Source: Pirellulales bacterium
GTDB taxonomy: Bacteria; Planctomycetota; Planctomycetia; Pirellulales; PALSA-1355
Reading direction: 5' to 3'
DNA length: 64,000 nucleotides
Assembly (NCBI GenBank): GCA_963733035.1
Contig: CAVTBU010000007.1
Span: 128,001 to 192,000, forward strand
Positions 20,875-31,208 of this stretch are shown here, in pieces. Position numbers and translations under genes: made by a program. The stretch's first letter is position 1. Every line of letters begins with the position of its first letter. The notes beneath the pieces were generated by a model that saw only the letters and a list, made by a program, of their open reading frames with translations, was not told where the DNA came from and ran no database searches.

Positions 20875-22398
20875 CTACTTCGAGTCGAACCGTTGGATCA
20901 CGACGGCTTCGCGAATTTGCTTGCTGTTGGGCTCATAGACGCGAATTGTTACGCGGACGCCGCGCAGCGGAGTTAGATAGGGAGGATGCGTATCGAATTC
21001 AGCCGCTTCATCTACAAGCCCGTTTCCGTTGTCATCCAATCCGTTCGTGCCGGCGTCCATGAATCCATCTCCATCTTCGTCTATACCGTTGTTTTCGTAG
21101 TGCAGGGACCACGTATCATAAACGCGCCATGCAGGGATAAACGCGCTGAGTGGCTTTCTGTCCGGATTCTGCGCCGAAAACTGGGAGTTCGCCGCAGAGT
21201 AATAGCCCAAATCGGCATATGCCCCCATGCTGATAACTGTACTGGCAGCCGGCCATCCTGGATCGCCAGGTTCTAATGCAACCGTTCCGGAACTGTCAAC
21301 TTTGACCGGTGCGTCAGCATCCCATACTCGCACATCAAATGCGAGGACGTTCGTTAGCAGTACGTCATCGCCAAGTCTCTGGCCAGCCATCGGTTTAAGT
21401 AGGGCATTTTCTTGCGGCGACGAGTTTAGTGACGCGGGCATCACCGGTGTTCCCGGCGAAGCAAATGGCACCGATGGTATCACGGCCGGGTCACCACTGA
21501 AGGGAAACGAGAAAGACGAAATTCCGTAGTGCGCGAACCTGTTCTCTCGCTTGGTAAGATCGCCAAGCGAGTTTGGAACCATCGTCGGCGTTCCTGAAAT
21601 TGTCTCGAACCGGGCTGATAGGTCATTGTCTGTTCTGAAACTGTTCAGCGGACTAGAAGTTTGCCCGACGTTCGGCGACACCAACAACACCCGTCGATAG
21701 AGCGTGCACAGTTTTGTCGGAACTGGATTATTCATTGAGTCCACGACGCTCGCGTCCATGATCGGCCCGTCTTGCACGAGGAAATAAATCACCTCGGCGA
21801 GCGGCGACTCAATCGTGGTGTTTACGCCACCAACGAGCGCTTTACCCACGAACGGCGCGCCTCGACTGCGAACCGTGAACATCAAAATGTCGTCTGTATC
21901 GCCAAACAGGGTCCAGCTCGCTGGAGGACTTACGCCGGATATGCTCGACTTTATGCCGTTTGCCTGCGCAATCCTTCGCGGATGATCGTCATTAGATGCG
22001 CCCTCAACGATCTCAAAATACCCCTCGTCCATTTCCGGGCGAAGCGGCGGGGCCATCGTTGCGGTGGCACCTTGCAAATCGCGTTGGATCTGGTCGCGGG
22101 CGGAGCCGAGGCGTTCGGACATTTCGATCAGCGTGCGGCTGGCCGAGACGCTATCGCTGAGCACGCCAAACAGCGTCACCACGGCCCCCATCATGATCAA
22201 CGTGATGGCCAGCGAGACCAGCATTTCAATCAGCGTAAAACCGCCCCGGCCGCTCGCGCCTCGCACGTTTAGCCCGAGCAGCATCGCTGCCGGCGCGTCC
22301 GCCCGAGCGTCGTTCGACAACTCGGCGCGAACCCGTACGGGCGGTCTGCCAGTCGATAGATTCCCCTGGGCAATTGGGGTGGGAAGATTCATGGCCAT
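20875..22398 (-). CDS. Prepilin-type N-terminal cleavage/methylation domain protein
   Basis: G|FTLIEMLVSLAITLIMMGAVV class III signal; Asp/Gly-rich DEDGDG...DDNGNGLVDE near the C-terminus; start uncertain. Confidence 0.85.
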   Translation of the reverse strand: MAMNLPTPIAQGNLSTGRPPVRVRAELSNDARADAPAAMLLGLNVRGASGRGGFTLIEMLVSLAITLIMMGAVVTLFGVLSDSVSASRTLIEMSERLGSARDQIQRDLQGATATMAPPLRPEMDEGYFEIVEGASNDDHPRRIAQANGIKSSISGVSPPASWTLFGDTDDILMFTVRSRGAPFVGKALVGGVNTTIESPLAEVIYFLVQDGPIMDASVVDSMNNPVPTKLCTLYRRVLLVSPNVGQTSSPLNSFRTDNDLSARFETISGTPTMVPNSLGDLTKRENRFAHYGISSFSFPFSGDPAVIPSVPFASPGTPVMPASLNSSPQENALLKPMAGQRLGDDVLLTNVLAFDVRVWDADAPVKVDSSGTVALEPGDPGWPAASTVISMGAYADLGYYSAANSQFSAQNPDRKPLSAFIPAWRVYDTWSLHYENNGIDEDGDGFMDAGTNGLDDNGNGLVDEAAEFDTHPPYLTPLRGVRVTIRVYEPNSKQIREAVVIQRFDSK

Positions 22399-22523
22399 CT
22401 CTTTTCCGCGAAGTGAAGCGCCCCCCGCCCGAGCAGCACGCGTGATGGCAGCTTGCCCACTGCCGGCCCGCTCGATGCGGCAGATCCTATTCTACCCCCA
22501 GCCCCGGCAAATCGCCAATCGGA

Positions 22524-22847
22524 TCAAAAGTTGGTCGCCAGCACGTACCCGCCATAAAGGATCAGGCAAATGAGCGGCACGGCCAGAATATTCTTTACCA
22601 AGTCGGCAAAACGTTGGAGTTGCGGCGTCAGGCTCCAAAAGTAGTGGACATGAGCGAAGAGGGCCGCGCTGCTCACAAACGCGACCCAGGGGCTAATTCC
22701 CTGGCTCACCAGCTGCACGATGCTGTAAACGATCGCGGCGGCCGGGGCGGCAACTCCCAGCACGTACTTGTGCCACCAATCGTCCTCGGGCGGACCAAGC
22801 ATGCTGTCCGCGACGTCGAATGCGCCTCGATGGTAATTGCCGACCAT
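22524..22847 (-). CDS. Small membrane protein
   Basis: Three hydrophobic segments; start uncertain. Confidence 0.55.
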   Translation of the reverse strand: MVGNYHRGAFDVADSMLGPPEDDWWHKYVLGVAAPAAAIVYSIVQLVSQGISPWVAFVSSAALFAHVHYFWSLTPQLQRFADLVKNILAVPLICLILYGGYVLATNF

Positions 22848-22932
22848 CTCTCTCGCCGAGTGAAAAGACCGACCTCGTCTATCCTCATGGTACTAGGTCG
22901 GCGGCGGCGCCGACACAAAAAAGCGGGGCGGT

Positions 22933-23283
22933 CTAGACACCTGTCGACTCCAGCAATCGCCCGATTTCGCTAACGGCGGCCGTCAACGAAGCAGCCGCCA
23001 TCTGGAAGTTCGTGTGCGAGGAGACCTCCGGCTGGATCTGGGCGAACGCCTCGGCTGTCGCCCGCAGCTTGGAGAATTTCTTACGCGCCAGCTTCAGGTA
23101 CTCAGCGGCATTCTGTTCGCGCCAGGCGCCGCCGACGGCGAGCTGATAGTCGTACAACGCCCGATGGATTTCCGCCAGTTCCTCGTCCTCGGCGGCTTCG
23201 TCGGAATGCTTGAGAAACGCGCGCACCATCCATACGTGGGCCAGTTGCGTTTCGATCCCCTGCATTGCCTCCCGTGGTTCCAT
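22933..23283 (-). CDS. Conserved hypothetical helical protein
   Basis: HVWMVRAFLKHS...SSHTNFQMA; GC-typical codon usage. Confidence 0.7.
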   Translation of the reverse strand: MEPREAMQGIETQLAHVWMVRAFLKHSDEAAEDEELAEIHRALYDYQLAVGGAWREQNAAEYLKLARKKFSKLRATAEAFAQIQPEVSSHTNFQMAAASLTAAVSEIGRLLESTGV

Positions 23284-23334
23284 GCCGCTCAACCTTCGCG
23301 CTTCGCTCGCTTGCCGTCTCAGCGTAAGACCTCG

Positions 23335-24423
23335 TTAGGCCGTGGCCGTTTCGGGATTTGGCTCCTCGCTGGGGGGCGGAGCATGCGGCGCCGGCTTGGG
23401 GGCGAACACCAGCACCGTCACGGCGCCGGCCACCACCACGATCAATCCGGCGAAAAACATCGCGTGTAAGTCGCCCCACTGGCCCGCCTGCGTAACGCTG
23501 ACAAACGTATTGATCACCGGCGCGCCGCCGAACACCAGCGGCATGACAAAGATCGGTTTGCCGCCGAAATTAAAGGCCATGATGATGCCCAGCGCGCCGA
23601 CCGCGCCGGCCGCGCCGCCAGCCAGACTCCAAAACGAACCGCTGACGGTAAACTTCCCGGGATCTTCCCACTGCAACAGGATCAGCGTGGGCACGATCAC
23701 CGCGATCAGAAAGTAGGCCACACCGACGCAAATGAACGGCCGCAGCCGGCTGCCGGCCATCCCCATCTGGCCACGATGCAGCGTCGGACCGTACACACCC
23801 CACGACAGCGCCGTCATGGCCGTGAACAGCATCACCATGCTGTAGCGTTCCCAAGTGGTCTCGCCGGCGCCCAGTTCGTGTTTGGCGGGCGTCTTTTCGG
23901 CCACGGCCGGCTTGCCCTCGGATTCCGTCGCCGCGGTTTGCTGCGGGGCCGGCCCGTGTCCGCCGTGCGGGCGAAAGATGAGTACCGTGACCGCGCCGAC
24001 GATCACCAGGATCAGCCCGGCGATGAAGATCGGATTGATTTGCTTGAACGACTTCGACCAGTACATCGTCAGAAACGTGTTCACCACCGGCGCGCCGCCG
24101 AAGACCAGCGGCATCACGTAAATCGGGCTGCCACGAAACGCCAAAGCCAGAATGATGCCCAAGGCTCCCACCGCGCCGGCCGCACCGGCCGCCAGGCTCC
24201 AGACGATGCCGGTGGTGCTCCAGTGCCCCCCTTCGCCCTTCAGCCGCAGCGTGATCACGGGTGCCAACACCGCGATCAGAAAATACGCGATGCCCACGCA
24301 GATGAACGGTTTGAGCGAGCTCCCCAGCATGTCGGCGCGGCCCACCGCCAGCACGGGTCCGTAAACGCCCCAGCAGATCATGGCCAGAAAGATCGACAGT
24401 AGCAGGGCGGCAAGGCCTTTCAT
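23335..24423 (-). CDS. Multi-pass membrane protein with internal duplication (DMT/EamA-like)
   Basis: Two halves each carrying WGVYGP...PFICVG.AYFLIAV...GAVGALGII...YVMPLVFGGAPV / FVMPLVFGGAPV. Confidence 0.8.
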   Translation of the reverse strand: MKGLAALLLSIFLAMICWGVYGPVLAVGRADMLGSSLKPFICVGIAYFLIAVLAPVITLRLKGEGGHWSTTGIVWSLAAGAAGAVGALGIILALAFRGSPIYVMPLVFGGAPVVNTFLTMYWSKSFKQINPIFIAGLILVIVGAVTVLIFRPHGGHGPAPQQTAATESEGKPAVAEKTPAKHELGAGETTWERYSMVMLFTAMTALSWGVYGPTLHRGQMGMAGSRLRPFICVGVAYFLIAVIVPTLILLQWEDPGKFTVSGSFWSLAGGAAGAVGALGIIMAFNFGGKPIFVMPLVFGGAPVINTFVSVTQAGQWGDLHAMFFAGLIVVVAGAVTVLVFAPKPAPHAPPPSEEPNPETATA

Positions 24424-24506
24424 GGCGGATCGGCTCCAAAAAAATCGAGGAACGGCGGGGCAGGGGCGCATTATCGGCAACGATGCCGCAGGTTGCTAGA
24501 GGGAAG

Positions 24507-27500
24507 TTACTCTTCGCGCAGCGCGGGCAGCAGTTTCGCTCGTAGCGTCGCTCGCACGGCGAGCAGCCCGGCCAGCAAACCAACGACGAGCACCGTGGCC
24601 AGGGTCGCGGCCAGCGACAGCCAGGGCACGCTCGCACCGCCGCTGAGCCAATGCGGCAACACGGCCACCAGCGCCGCCAGAATGCCCACGCCGAGTCCCC
24701 CGACCAACAGTAGCGTGTTCTCGATCATCACCAGCCGCGCAAGCAGTGCGCGGCGGAAGCCGGCGGCCCGCATCAACGCGAGTTCGCCGCGGCGTTCGAG
24801 CACGCTGCGCAATTGCACCGTGGCCAGGCCGAACGTGCCTAGCAGCAGCCCCAGGCCGCCAAGGCTCTGGAACGTCGAGAGGTAAGTGTTCTGCACGGCA
24901 AAGAAACCGGCCAACCGCCCGCGGCTCGTTTCGGCGTCGAAGCCGTAATCACCCAGCGACTCTTCGAGCAATTGTTGCACCTTGTCGATTGGCTCGCCGT
25001 CTGTGTCAACCAGAAAGAAACGATAGCCGTTGACCTCGGGATACAGGTCGAGAAACGCCGTTTCGCCAATCAGCATGTCGCCCTGAAAGATACTGTTCTT
25101 GAGCAGGCCGACGATTTGCAGCCGCACGGTGTGGCCGTTGCCGTCGACGACGTCGATCACGTCGCCGAGCGCTTTGTGCAGGCTATAGGTGGCCGTGTTG
25201 AAGTCAACGACCGACGGTACGACGCGTACGCCGTCCGGCGCCGGCGGCAGCTTCTCGTCGAGCAACAACCAGGGATTCGCCGATTGCTCCGATGTTTTTG
25301 CTTGCGACGCTCCCCAGGTAAAACCGCCGCGCTGGATGAGCGCCTGCGGAACGCCCAGGATCCGTGGTTGGGTAGCCTGGTAGAGATTCAAGCAACTTGC
25401 GTCGTCGCCCGACTCGACGCGCAGCGAAAACGCCTGGCACTTGGCAAGCACTTCGTCGGCCTCCTGCGTCAGGCCGAGCTCTTCACGGCCGGCTGGGTCG
25501 CTTAGGTTCTGGTAAATCGGCGCATCGCTTTGCGCCACCAGCGAAAAACCACCGCTGCCGCTATGGGGCCCGCTGGCCAGCGACGCCGGGTCAAGCCGAA
25601 ACGCCGAGAGGGCCACGATCAGAAAACTGGCCGCCGCGATCAGCCCGATCGACAGCACGCTGCGGCTCGGATTGCGGGCGCCGTTGCGTGCGGCCAACCG
25701 TGCGATCGGCATGGCGCCCGCGGCAACGTTGCTGGTAATCGCGCCGCGGCGCATGCGGTTGGCCAGGAAGGTGAGCGCCGAGGCCAAGACCAACGCGCCC
25801 GCGCCAACAAAGGCCCCGGCCTGCGCCTCGCCGCTCAGCCAGGGAGCCATGCCGCCGGAGATGGCCGCCAGCGCCAACAGCGCCGCCGCAACCCACAACC
25901 CGGTGCGCGAGCTGCCGCGCGCGGCAAAGCGATCTTCTTGTGCCTGACCGGCCAATAGCCGCCGCACGGAGATTCTTTTCAGCCGCCGTAGCGTCCACAG
26001 CACGGTCAGCAGCGAAACGATCAGTCCACCCACGAAACCGATGACAAGACTGGTGGGTGTAACGTACAGCGTAAGAAACGGCGTGCTGATGGCGTCGACC
26101 CACCAGGTGGTCAGGCCCACGAGCATCAGCCAGGCGTAGCCCACGCCGGCGACGACACCTAGCAGCGAGCCGACTGCCGTGACGACGAGCGCTTCCACGG
26201 CGAGCACGACCAGAATCCGCCGGTTGCGCATGCCGACGGTTCGCAGCACGCCGATCTCTTCGGCCCGCTGCTCGATGCCCAGGCGAAACAACAGGGCAAC
26301 CAACAGCAGCGACGCGACCATGATGAACAAGCTGAACCCGATGAACAGCCCGTCGAAGGCCGTGGTGCCGCGCGAGGCCTCCAGCCCCAGCCGTTTGATC
26401 GGCCGGAAAATGAATCCCATCGAGGCCGGGGCCAGCACGAGTTGATCGGCCTGGGCTTGCAGCGTCGGTCCCGGCGGCGGCGCGAATCGCACCGCCGTGG
26501 TATCGCCAAAACGGCTCGACCACAACTTGCGTCCGGCAGCCAGCGAGATGAACGCCTTGGGCGTCGTGCGATGCTCGTCCCAGTACTGTTCGTCCTTGTC
26601 GCGGACGCGCGTCGGGTCGTACGGAAATGGCGGATCCCAATCGCTGATCGAAAGCTGATCGGTCACGCCGGGCAGCTGCGGCGTCAGGTCAGGATCGGCG
26701 GCCAAACCTGCGAGCGCGGCGACGTCCTTGAGCCGAAACGTCGCTTTCGCTTCGCGGACCTTGCCGTGCGTGCTCTCGGGTTCGAAGTAGGAGATTTCGA
26801 TCGTATCGCCCGGCTTCGCCCCCAAATCCTCGGCCGCCCAGGTGTTCAGCACGATTTCATCGTCGGCCAGCCGCGCGATCGGTTTGCCTGCGGAGTTGTT
26901 GAAGGGGCCGAGTGGCGGAGCGGTTTGAAAGTCGAGGGCGGAAATCGTCGAGTAGGGGATTTCCTTGTCGCCCAGGGCAATCGTGTTGGCCAGATAGGTA
27001 AACACCGCCTGCGGTTGGTCGGCGGCGAACGCTTTCATGGCCGCCTCGACCACCACCGGATCGACGAGCATGCGATTGCTGGTCAACTGCACATAACCCA
27101 AACGGTGCTGCTGAATCGTGATGCCGTAGTCGGCCAGTCTTGGCTGGAGCAACTTGACGAGTTCGGCGTGCGCCGCCGGCGTTGGCGTGAGTCCCTCGCG
27201 GCCAGCCACGAAGATCGCATTCGCCCGCTCTGGCTGCTCCAATGCGTCCTGCAGCGTTTCGACCGCCACGAAGGCATCGAGCGGCACCAATTGACTGGGG
27301 CTCAGCGCAAAGCGCCCCAATCCATCGGCCGGAATGATGGCCGAAACGGTGAGTCGGCGGTTGCGGATCGTCTCGGTCTTGCGTCCCAGGGCGCTATCGG
27401 CGGGAATCTGGCTGGCGCTGCCGATGCGCATCAGCACCTCGTCGCCAACCTTCGCGCCGATTTCCCGAGCTAGTGGAGCGTTGAGCACGATTTCGCCGCG

Positions 27501-27938
27501 CCCCGGCGCTGTCTCTGGCCCGCCTTCTCCCAGCTTCCAGAACGACGCATCGCTGCCGATCACCGCTACTTGTCCGGCGCGCAGCGCGCTTTCCGGATTG
27601 TCAACCGTCGCCTGCACGTAGATTGCCGGCACGGCCGCCGAGAAGTACTTGTTAAACTCCGCGCCGCCGGCCACTTCGGTGGCCAGTTCGGTGCGAAAGA
27701 ACCGATCGGTCACCAACACTTCGTCGATCTGCCCGAGTTGGTCCAGCAGCAGATGCCGCAGACTGCCGCGCATCGAGTCGCCAACCAGCAGGGCGCCAGT
27801 GAGCACGGCGCTCGAGGCCATCACGGCAAGCGCCACGGCCAGGTTCGTGCGCCAGTGATAGCGCAGCCCCGACCCGATCAGGCTGCCGAGCGAAAAACGG
27901 CCCGGGTTAGACGGCGGTGGGTTCGAGCTGACCTGCAT
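24507..27938 (-). CDS. Large ABC transporter permease, FtsX/MacB family
   Basis: Two FtsX-type units (EQRAEEIGVLRTVG; ERRGELALMRAAGF); start approximate. Confidence 0.9.
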   Translation of the reverse strand: MQVSSNPPPSNPGRFSLGSLIGSGLRYHWRTNLAVALAVMASSAVLTGALLVGDSMRGSLRHLLLDQLGQIDEVLVTDRFFRTELATEVAGGAEFNKYFSAAVPAIYVQATVDNPESALRAGQVAVIGSDASFWKLGEGGPETAPGRGEIVLNAPLAREIGAKVGDEVLMRIGSASQIPADSALGRKTETIRNRRLTVSAIIPADGLGRFALSPSQLVPLDAFVAVETLQDALEQPERANAIFVAGREGLTPTPAAHAELVKLLQPRLADYGITIQQHRLGYVQLTSNRMLVDPVVVEAAMKAFAADQPQAVFTYLANTIALGDKEIPYSTISALDFQTAPPLGPFNNSAGKPIARLADDEIVLNTWAAEDLGAKPGDTIEISYFEPESTHGKVREAKATFRLKDVAALAGLAADPDLTPQLPGVTDQLSISDWDPPFPYDPTRVRDKDEQYWDEHRTTPKAFISLAAGRKLWSSRFGDTTAVRFAPPPGPTLQAQADQLVLAPASMGFIFRPIKRLGLEASRGTTAFDGLFIGFSLFIMVASLLLVALLFRLGIEQRAEEIGVLRTVGMRNRRILVVLAVEALVVTAVGSLLGVVAGVGYAWLMLVGLTTWWVDAISTPFLTLYVTPTSLVIGFVGGLIVSLLTVLWTLRRLKRISVRRLLAGQAQEDRFAARGSSRTGLWVAAALLALAAISGGMAPWLSGEAQAGAFVGAGALVLASALTFLANRMRRGAITSNVAAGAMPIARLAARNGARNPSRSVLSIGLIAAASFLIVALSAFRLDPASLASGPHSGSGGFSLVAQSDAPIYQNLSDPAGREELGLTQEADEVLAKCQAFSLRVESGDDASCLNLYQATQPRILGVPQALIQRGGFTWGASQAKTSEQSANPWLLLDEKLPPAPDGVRVVPSVVDFNTATYSLHKALGDVIDVVDGNGHTVRLQIVGLLKNSIFQGDMLIGETAFLDLYPEVNGYRFFLVDTDGEPIDKVQQLLEESLGDYGFDAETSRGRLAGFFAVQNTYLSTFQSLGGLGLLLGTFGLATVQLRSVLERRGELALMRAAGFRRALLARLVMIENTLLLVGGLGVGILAALVAVLPHWLSGGASVPWLSLAATLATVLVVGLLAGLLAVRATLRAKLLPALREE

Positions 27939-28587
27939 TGAGTTCCACGCGTCGTTGGAGCATGCCGGCAAGTTCCAGGCTATGCGTCACCACAATGAGC
28001 ATGGTGCGTTCGTAAGCTTGAAGTTCGATGAGCAACTCGGCCACGCCGGTCGCGGTCGCGCGGTCGAGGTTTCCGGTTGGCTCGTCGGCTAGCAGCAGAA
28101 CCGGCCGATTCACCAGCGCCCGCGCGATGGCCGTTCTCTGGCGCTCTCCGCCCGAAAGCTCGGCCGGCAGATGGTCGAGCCGGTTTTGCAGCCCCACGCG
28201 CTCCAGCAGCATGCGGGCCCGTTCGACCGCCTCGGGCCGCGCCTGGCCGTCGGCCAGCGTGGGCAACAGCACGTTTTCGAGCACCGAGCATTGCGGCAGC
28301 AGATGATGGTCTTGAAAGACAAAGCCGATCTTGTGATTGCGAAAGGCCGCCAGCCGCCGCTCGTCGAATTGAAACGGATCGTCGCCGTCGAGCGTCACGC
28401 GACCCGACGTTGGCATGTCGAGCGTGCCGATGATGTGCAGCAGCGTGCTCTTGCCGCAGCCACTAGGACCGGTGACGGCCAGATTTTCGCCCCCGCTCAA
28501 CTGACACGACACGCCGCGCAGCACCTCGAGCGGCTCGGCCCGGGTGGGAAACGACTTGGTGACATTGTCGACGACGAGTTCAGCCAT
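27907..28587 (-). CDS. ABC transporter ATP-binding protein (LolD/MacB-like)
   Basis: GPSGCGKST, LSGGERQR, LLADEPTGNLD, VTH. Confidence 0.95.
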   Translation of the reverse strand: MAELVVDNVTKSFPTRAEPLEVLRGVSCQLSGGENLAVTGPSGCGKSTLLHIIGTLDMPTSGRVTLDGDDPFQFDERRLAAFRNHKIGFVFQDHHLLPQCSVLENVLLPTLADGQARPEAVERARMLLERVGLQNRLDHLPAELSGGERQRTAIARALVNRPVLLLADEPTGNLDRATATGVAELLIELQAYERTMLIVVTHSLELAGMLQRRVELNAGQLEPTAV

Positions 28588-29527
28588 CGGGTGCCGTGCT
28601 ATCCATGTGCGGAGCCGCCAGCAGGCTCGTGGTGCCGATTCCGTAAAATGTGTATTCCACGTCGTCGCCGGTGTCCCAGGCGGCGCCGTGAAATCCTCCG
28701 TCCGCCAATTGTAGCGAATTGACGAGCCGCCGCGCACCCTCCAGATCGGCTTCGTGCATTGCACCCAGATCGGCCAGCGTCAGCAGCCCGGTAAACGTGC
28801 TGAGCAAGTCGGCAATGGGAATGCGAGAATTGGCCCGCAGGCCGCCGCCGTCGTCTTGTGCATCGAGCAGAAACTCGACCACGCCCTCGCGCGTTTCGTT
28901 GTCCACGGCGTCAAAGATTGTCAGCAGTCCCACGGCGGCGGCGGTGGGATTCGTGCCGCTGCGCTTCATGACGTTCATCTCGACAAAGCCCCCGTCATCC
29001 CGCCGGCGCGCGCGAACGAAGTCGACAAGCCGTTCAACCTGTGGAGTGGGCTGGCCGATCAATTGCTGGCACAGCACCACCAGAAACGTGTGATACACAC
29101 TGCTGGCCGCTCCCTCGGGCGTTTTGGCGTAGCCCCCGTCTTCGCGGCGCAGCGCTTCCAACGCTGCCGCGACACCGGTCGTCCAGGTGTTCGGCTGCCC
29201 GGCGAACACGTCGAGGCCAGCAACCATTTCCAGCGTCTTGGCGCTATAAATGAGCGACAGGAAATCGACAATCGGCACTTGCCCGGCCAACCGGCTTTGC
29301 AGAAACGCCGTCGCACGGCTGGCAACATCGCCTTCCAGTCCGCCCAGTAGCGCAAGCGAGCGAACCGCGAACGACGTGTAGTACAAATCGCTTTGGCCCT
29401 CACGGCCGGCAAAGCCCCCGTCGGCACGCTGCGCCGCGCGAAGATATTCGAGTTGCCGCGCGCGCCAATCCGTCTCGACATGTTCCAGGCCCGCGGCCAG
29501 ACGCAACGTAAGTTGTTCAAGATACAT
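28580..29527 (-). CDS. Prenyltransferase/squalene oxidase repeat protein (GGTase beta-like)
   Basis: Repeated QxxDGGF motifs with DLYYT, SSVYHT, DVEYTFYG. Confidence 0.85.
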   Translation of the reverse strand: MYLEQLTLRLAAGLEHVETDWRARQLEYLRAAQRADGGFAGREGQSDLYYTSFAVRSLALLGGLEGDVASRATAFLQSRLAGQVPIVDFLSLIYSAKTLEMVAGLDVFAGQPNTWTTGVAAALEALRREDGGYAKTPEGAASSVYHTFLVVLCQQLIGQPTPQVERLVDFVRARRRDDGGFVEMNVMKRSGTNPTAAAVGLLTIFDAVDNETREGVVEFLLDAQDDGGGLRANSRIPIADLLSTFTGLLTLADLGAMHEADLEGARRLVNSLQLADGGFHGAAWDTGDDVEYTFYGIGTTSLLAAPHMDSTAPDG

Positions 29528-29547
29528 GGGCGCCGGCCGGGAGGAGA

Positions 29548-29967
29548 TTACACGGTCACGGTTTTGAGTTTCTCGGCCATCCATGTGGGGATGGCGACCG
29601 ACTGCGGCGTGCCGTCTTCCTCAAAGCGGCAGCAGACGGTCGTGGTCTGGCCGCTGGCCACGGGTTTGCCGTCGTGGCTGAAATTGAATTCATAAGTGAG
29701 ACTTTTTTGCCCCAACCGTACGATCGAAACTTCGATCTCGAGCACGTCCTCGAATTTCACCGATCGCTGGTAATCGCAACGGGCGCCGACGCGCGGGAAC
29801 GAAAGCTTCCCGTCGTCGTCAATGTGCATCACGCTCAGCCCCAGGTGACGCAACAACTCGTGCTCGGCCTGCTCCATGTAGACAAAGAACACGGAAAAGT
29901 GCACGATTCCCGCGGCGTCGGTGTCGCGAAACTCGACGCGCCGCGTGGTTCGGTAGGGTTGCGTCAT
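29548..29967 (-). CDS. Acyl-CoA thioesterase (4HBT/YbgC hot-dog family)
   Basis: VEFRDTDAAGIVHFSVFFVYMEQAE. Confidence 0.9.
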   Translation of the reverse strand: MTQPYRTTRRVEFRDTDAAGIVHFSVFFVYMEQAEHELLRHLGLSVMHIDDDGKLSFPRVGARCDYQRSVKFEDVLEIEVSIVRLGQKSLTYEFNFSHDGKPVASGQTTTVCCRFEEDGTPQSVAIPTWMAEKLKTVTV

Positions 29968-30175
29968 GAGAAGAGATTCCGCAAAGGTGGCTGCACAATC
30001 AGGCCCTGGATGCGCAAGCCACGGACGAGAACACTGCCAGCCACGCGCGCACAAAAAGCGTCGTGCTGTACCGGTTGGAAACGACCCGGACTCGCCGACG
30101 CTTCGAGGTGTTAGCCTTCAACTAGCATCAAACCCGTAGACTAGCTGCAAACCACGTCGAGACGCAAACAGCCTT

Positions 30176-30451
30176 TCAGTCGCCAACGTACGGCAGCAAG
30201 GCCATAAAGCGAGCCCGCTTGACTGCCAGCGTCACGGCGTGCTGGCTGGCCGCCGTGCAACCGCTCTTGCGGCGTCCGACGATCTTGCCCTGGCGATTGG
30301 TGAGTTTGCCGAGCAGGTCCAAATCCTTGTAGTCCACATACATCGGGCGCGGACGCTCGCCATCGACGAAGATGGGGTCCTTCTTCTTCGCCCGAACCTT
30401 ATTCTTGTTCGACCGCCGCTTCGGGGGCCCTTTGAATTTCTTGAATGCCAC
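30176..30451 (-). CDS. rpsR: 30S ribosomal protein S18
   Basis: VDYKD...GKIVGRRKSG...AVKRARFMALLPY. Confidence 0.95.
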   Translation of the reverse strand: MAFKKFKGPPKRRSNKNKVRAKKKDPIFVDGERPRPMYVDYKDLDLLGKLTNRQGKIVGRRKSGCTAASQHAVTLAVKRARFMALLPYVGD

Positions 30452-30635
30452 GAGTGTAACCTGTACTTCCTAAGTCGAGTTGGAACCCCACTATCTGAGC
30501 CGCTTGGCGGCCAAAATGCAAGCCCTAACGCCAGCCGCCGCCGAGAAAGCAGCCCCTCCGCGGCACGCGCAAAATCGCAGGGCGAGCCGAATCAATACGG
30601 CGAACTCGTTTGACGAACGCTTCGCGGGTCGATTA

Positions 30636-30986
30636 TCAGTAGTCGCGGCGACCACCGCCGCCGCCGCCACGACCTCCACGGCCGCCGCCATAGCCACCGC
30701 CGCCACCCCCGTAGCCGCCGCCACCGCCCGTCCGGGGAGCCCGCTCACGGGCTTCGTTCACCGTAATGGCTCGGCCGTCGATTTCCGTGCCATTTAACGC
30801 GTCGATCGCCCGCTGGCAAGCGTCGTCGGATTCCATCTCCACGAACCCAAAGCCGCGCGAACGGCCCGTTTCGCGGTCGGAGATCACTTCGGCCGATTGC
30901 ACGGTGCCGTGGGCGCTGAACAGCGCCTCGAGTGAAGCCGACGTGGTCGACCAGGGCAGGTTTCCGACGTAAATCTTCTTCGCCAT
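30636..30986 (-). CDS. RRM RNA-binding protein with Gly-rich tail
   Basis: KIYVGNL (RNP2), RGFGFVEM (RNP1), GGGG/RGG tail. Confidence 0.95.
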   Translation of the reverse strand: MAKKIYVGNLPWSTTSASLEALFSAHGTVQSAEVISDRETGRSRGFGFVEMESDDACQRAIDALNGTEIDGRAITVNEARERAPRTGGGGGYGGGGGGYGGGRGGRGGGGGGRRDY

Positions 30987-31208
30987 CACATAATGTCCTT
31001 TGCGCTCGTTTGGGGTGCGGTTTCTACCCGTACAAAGACTAATGACGCGTGCATCCGGCACCCCGCTCTTGTCGCCGCGTCAAGTCGGCCGGCTCCAGGG
31101 CTCAGGCAAGTTAAATGTACCTTTGCCGCTTAGCGCAATGCAAGCACTTATTGCGCTGGAAAAAGGGCCTGCCAAGCCCGACTGGCCGGGCCGGTTTGTT
31201 CCCCCTTT

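Noticed and set aside
30650..30730. GCC-rich tandem repeats
   Set aside because: They encode the Gly-rich tail of the RRM protein on the minus strand.
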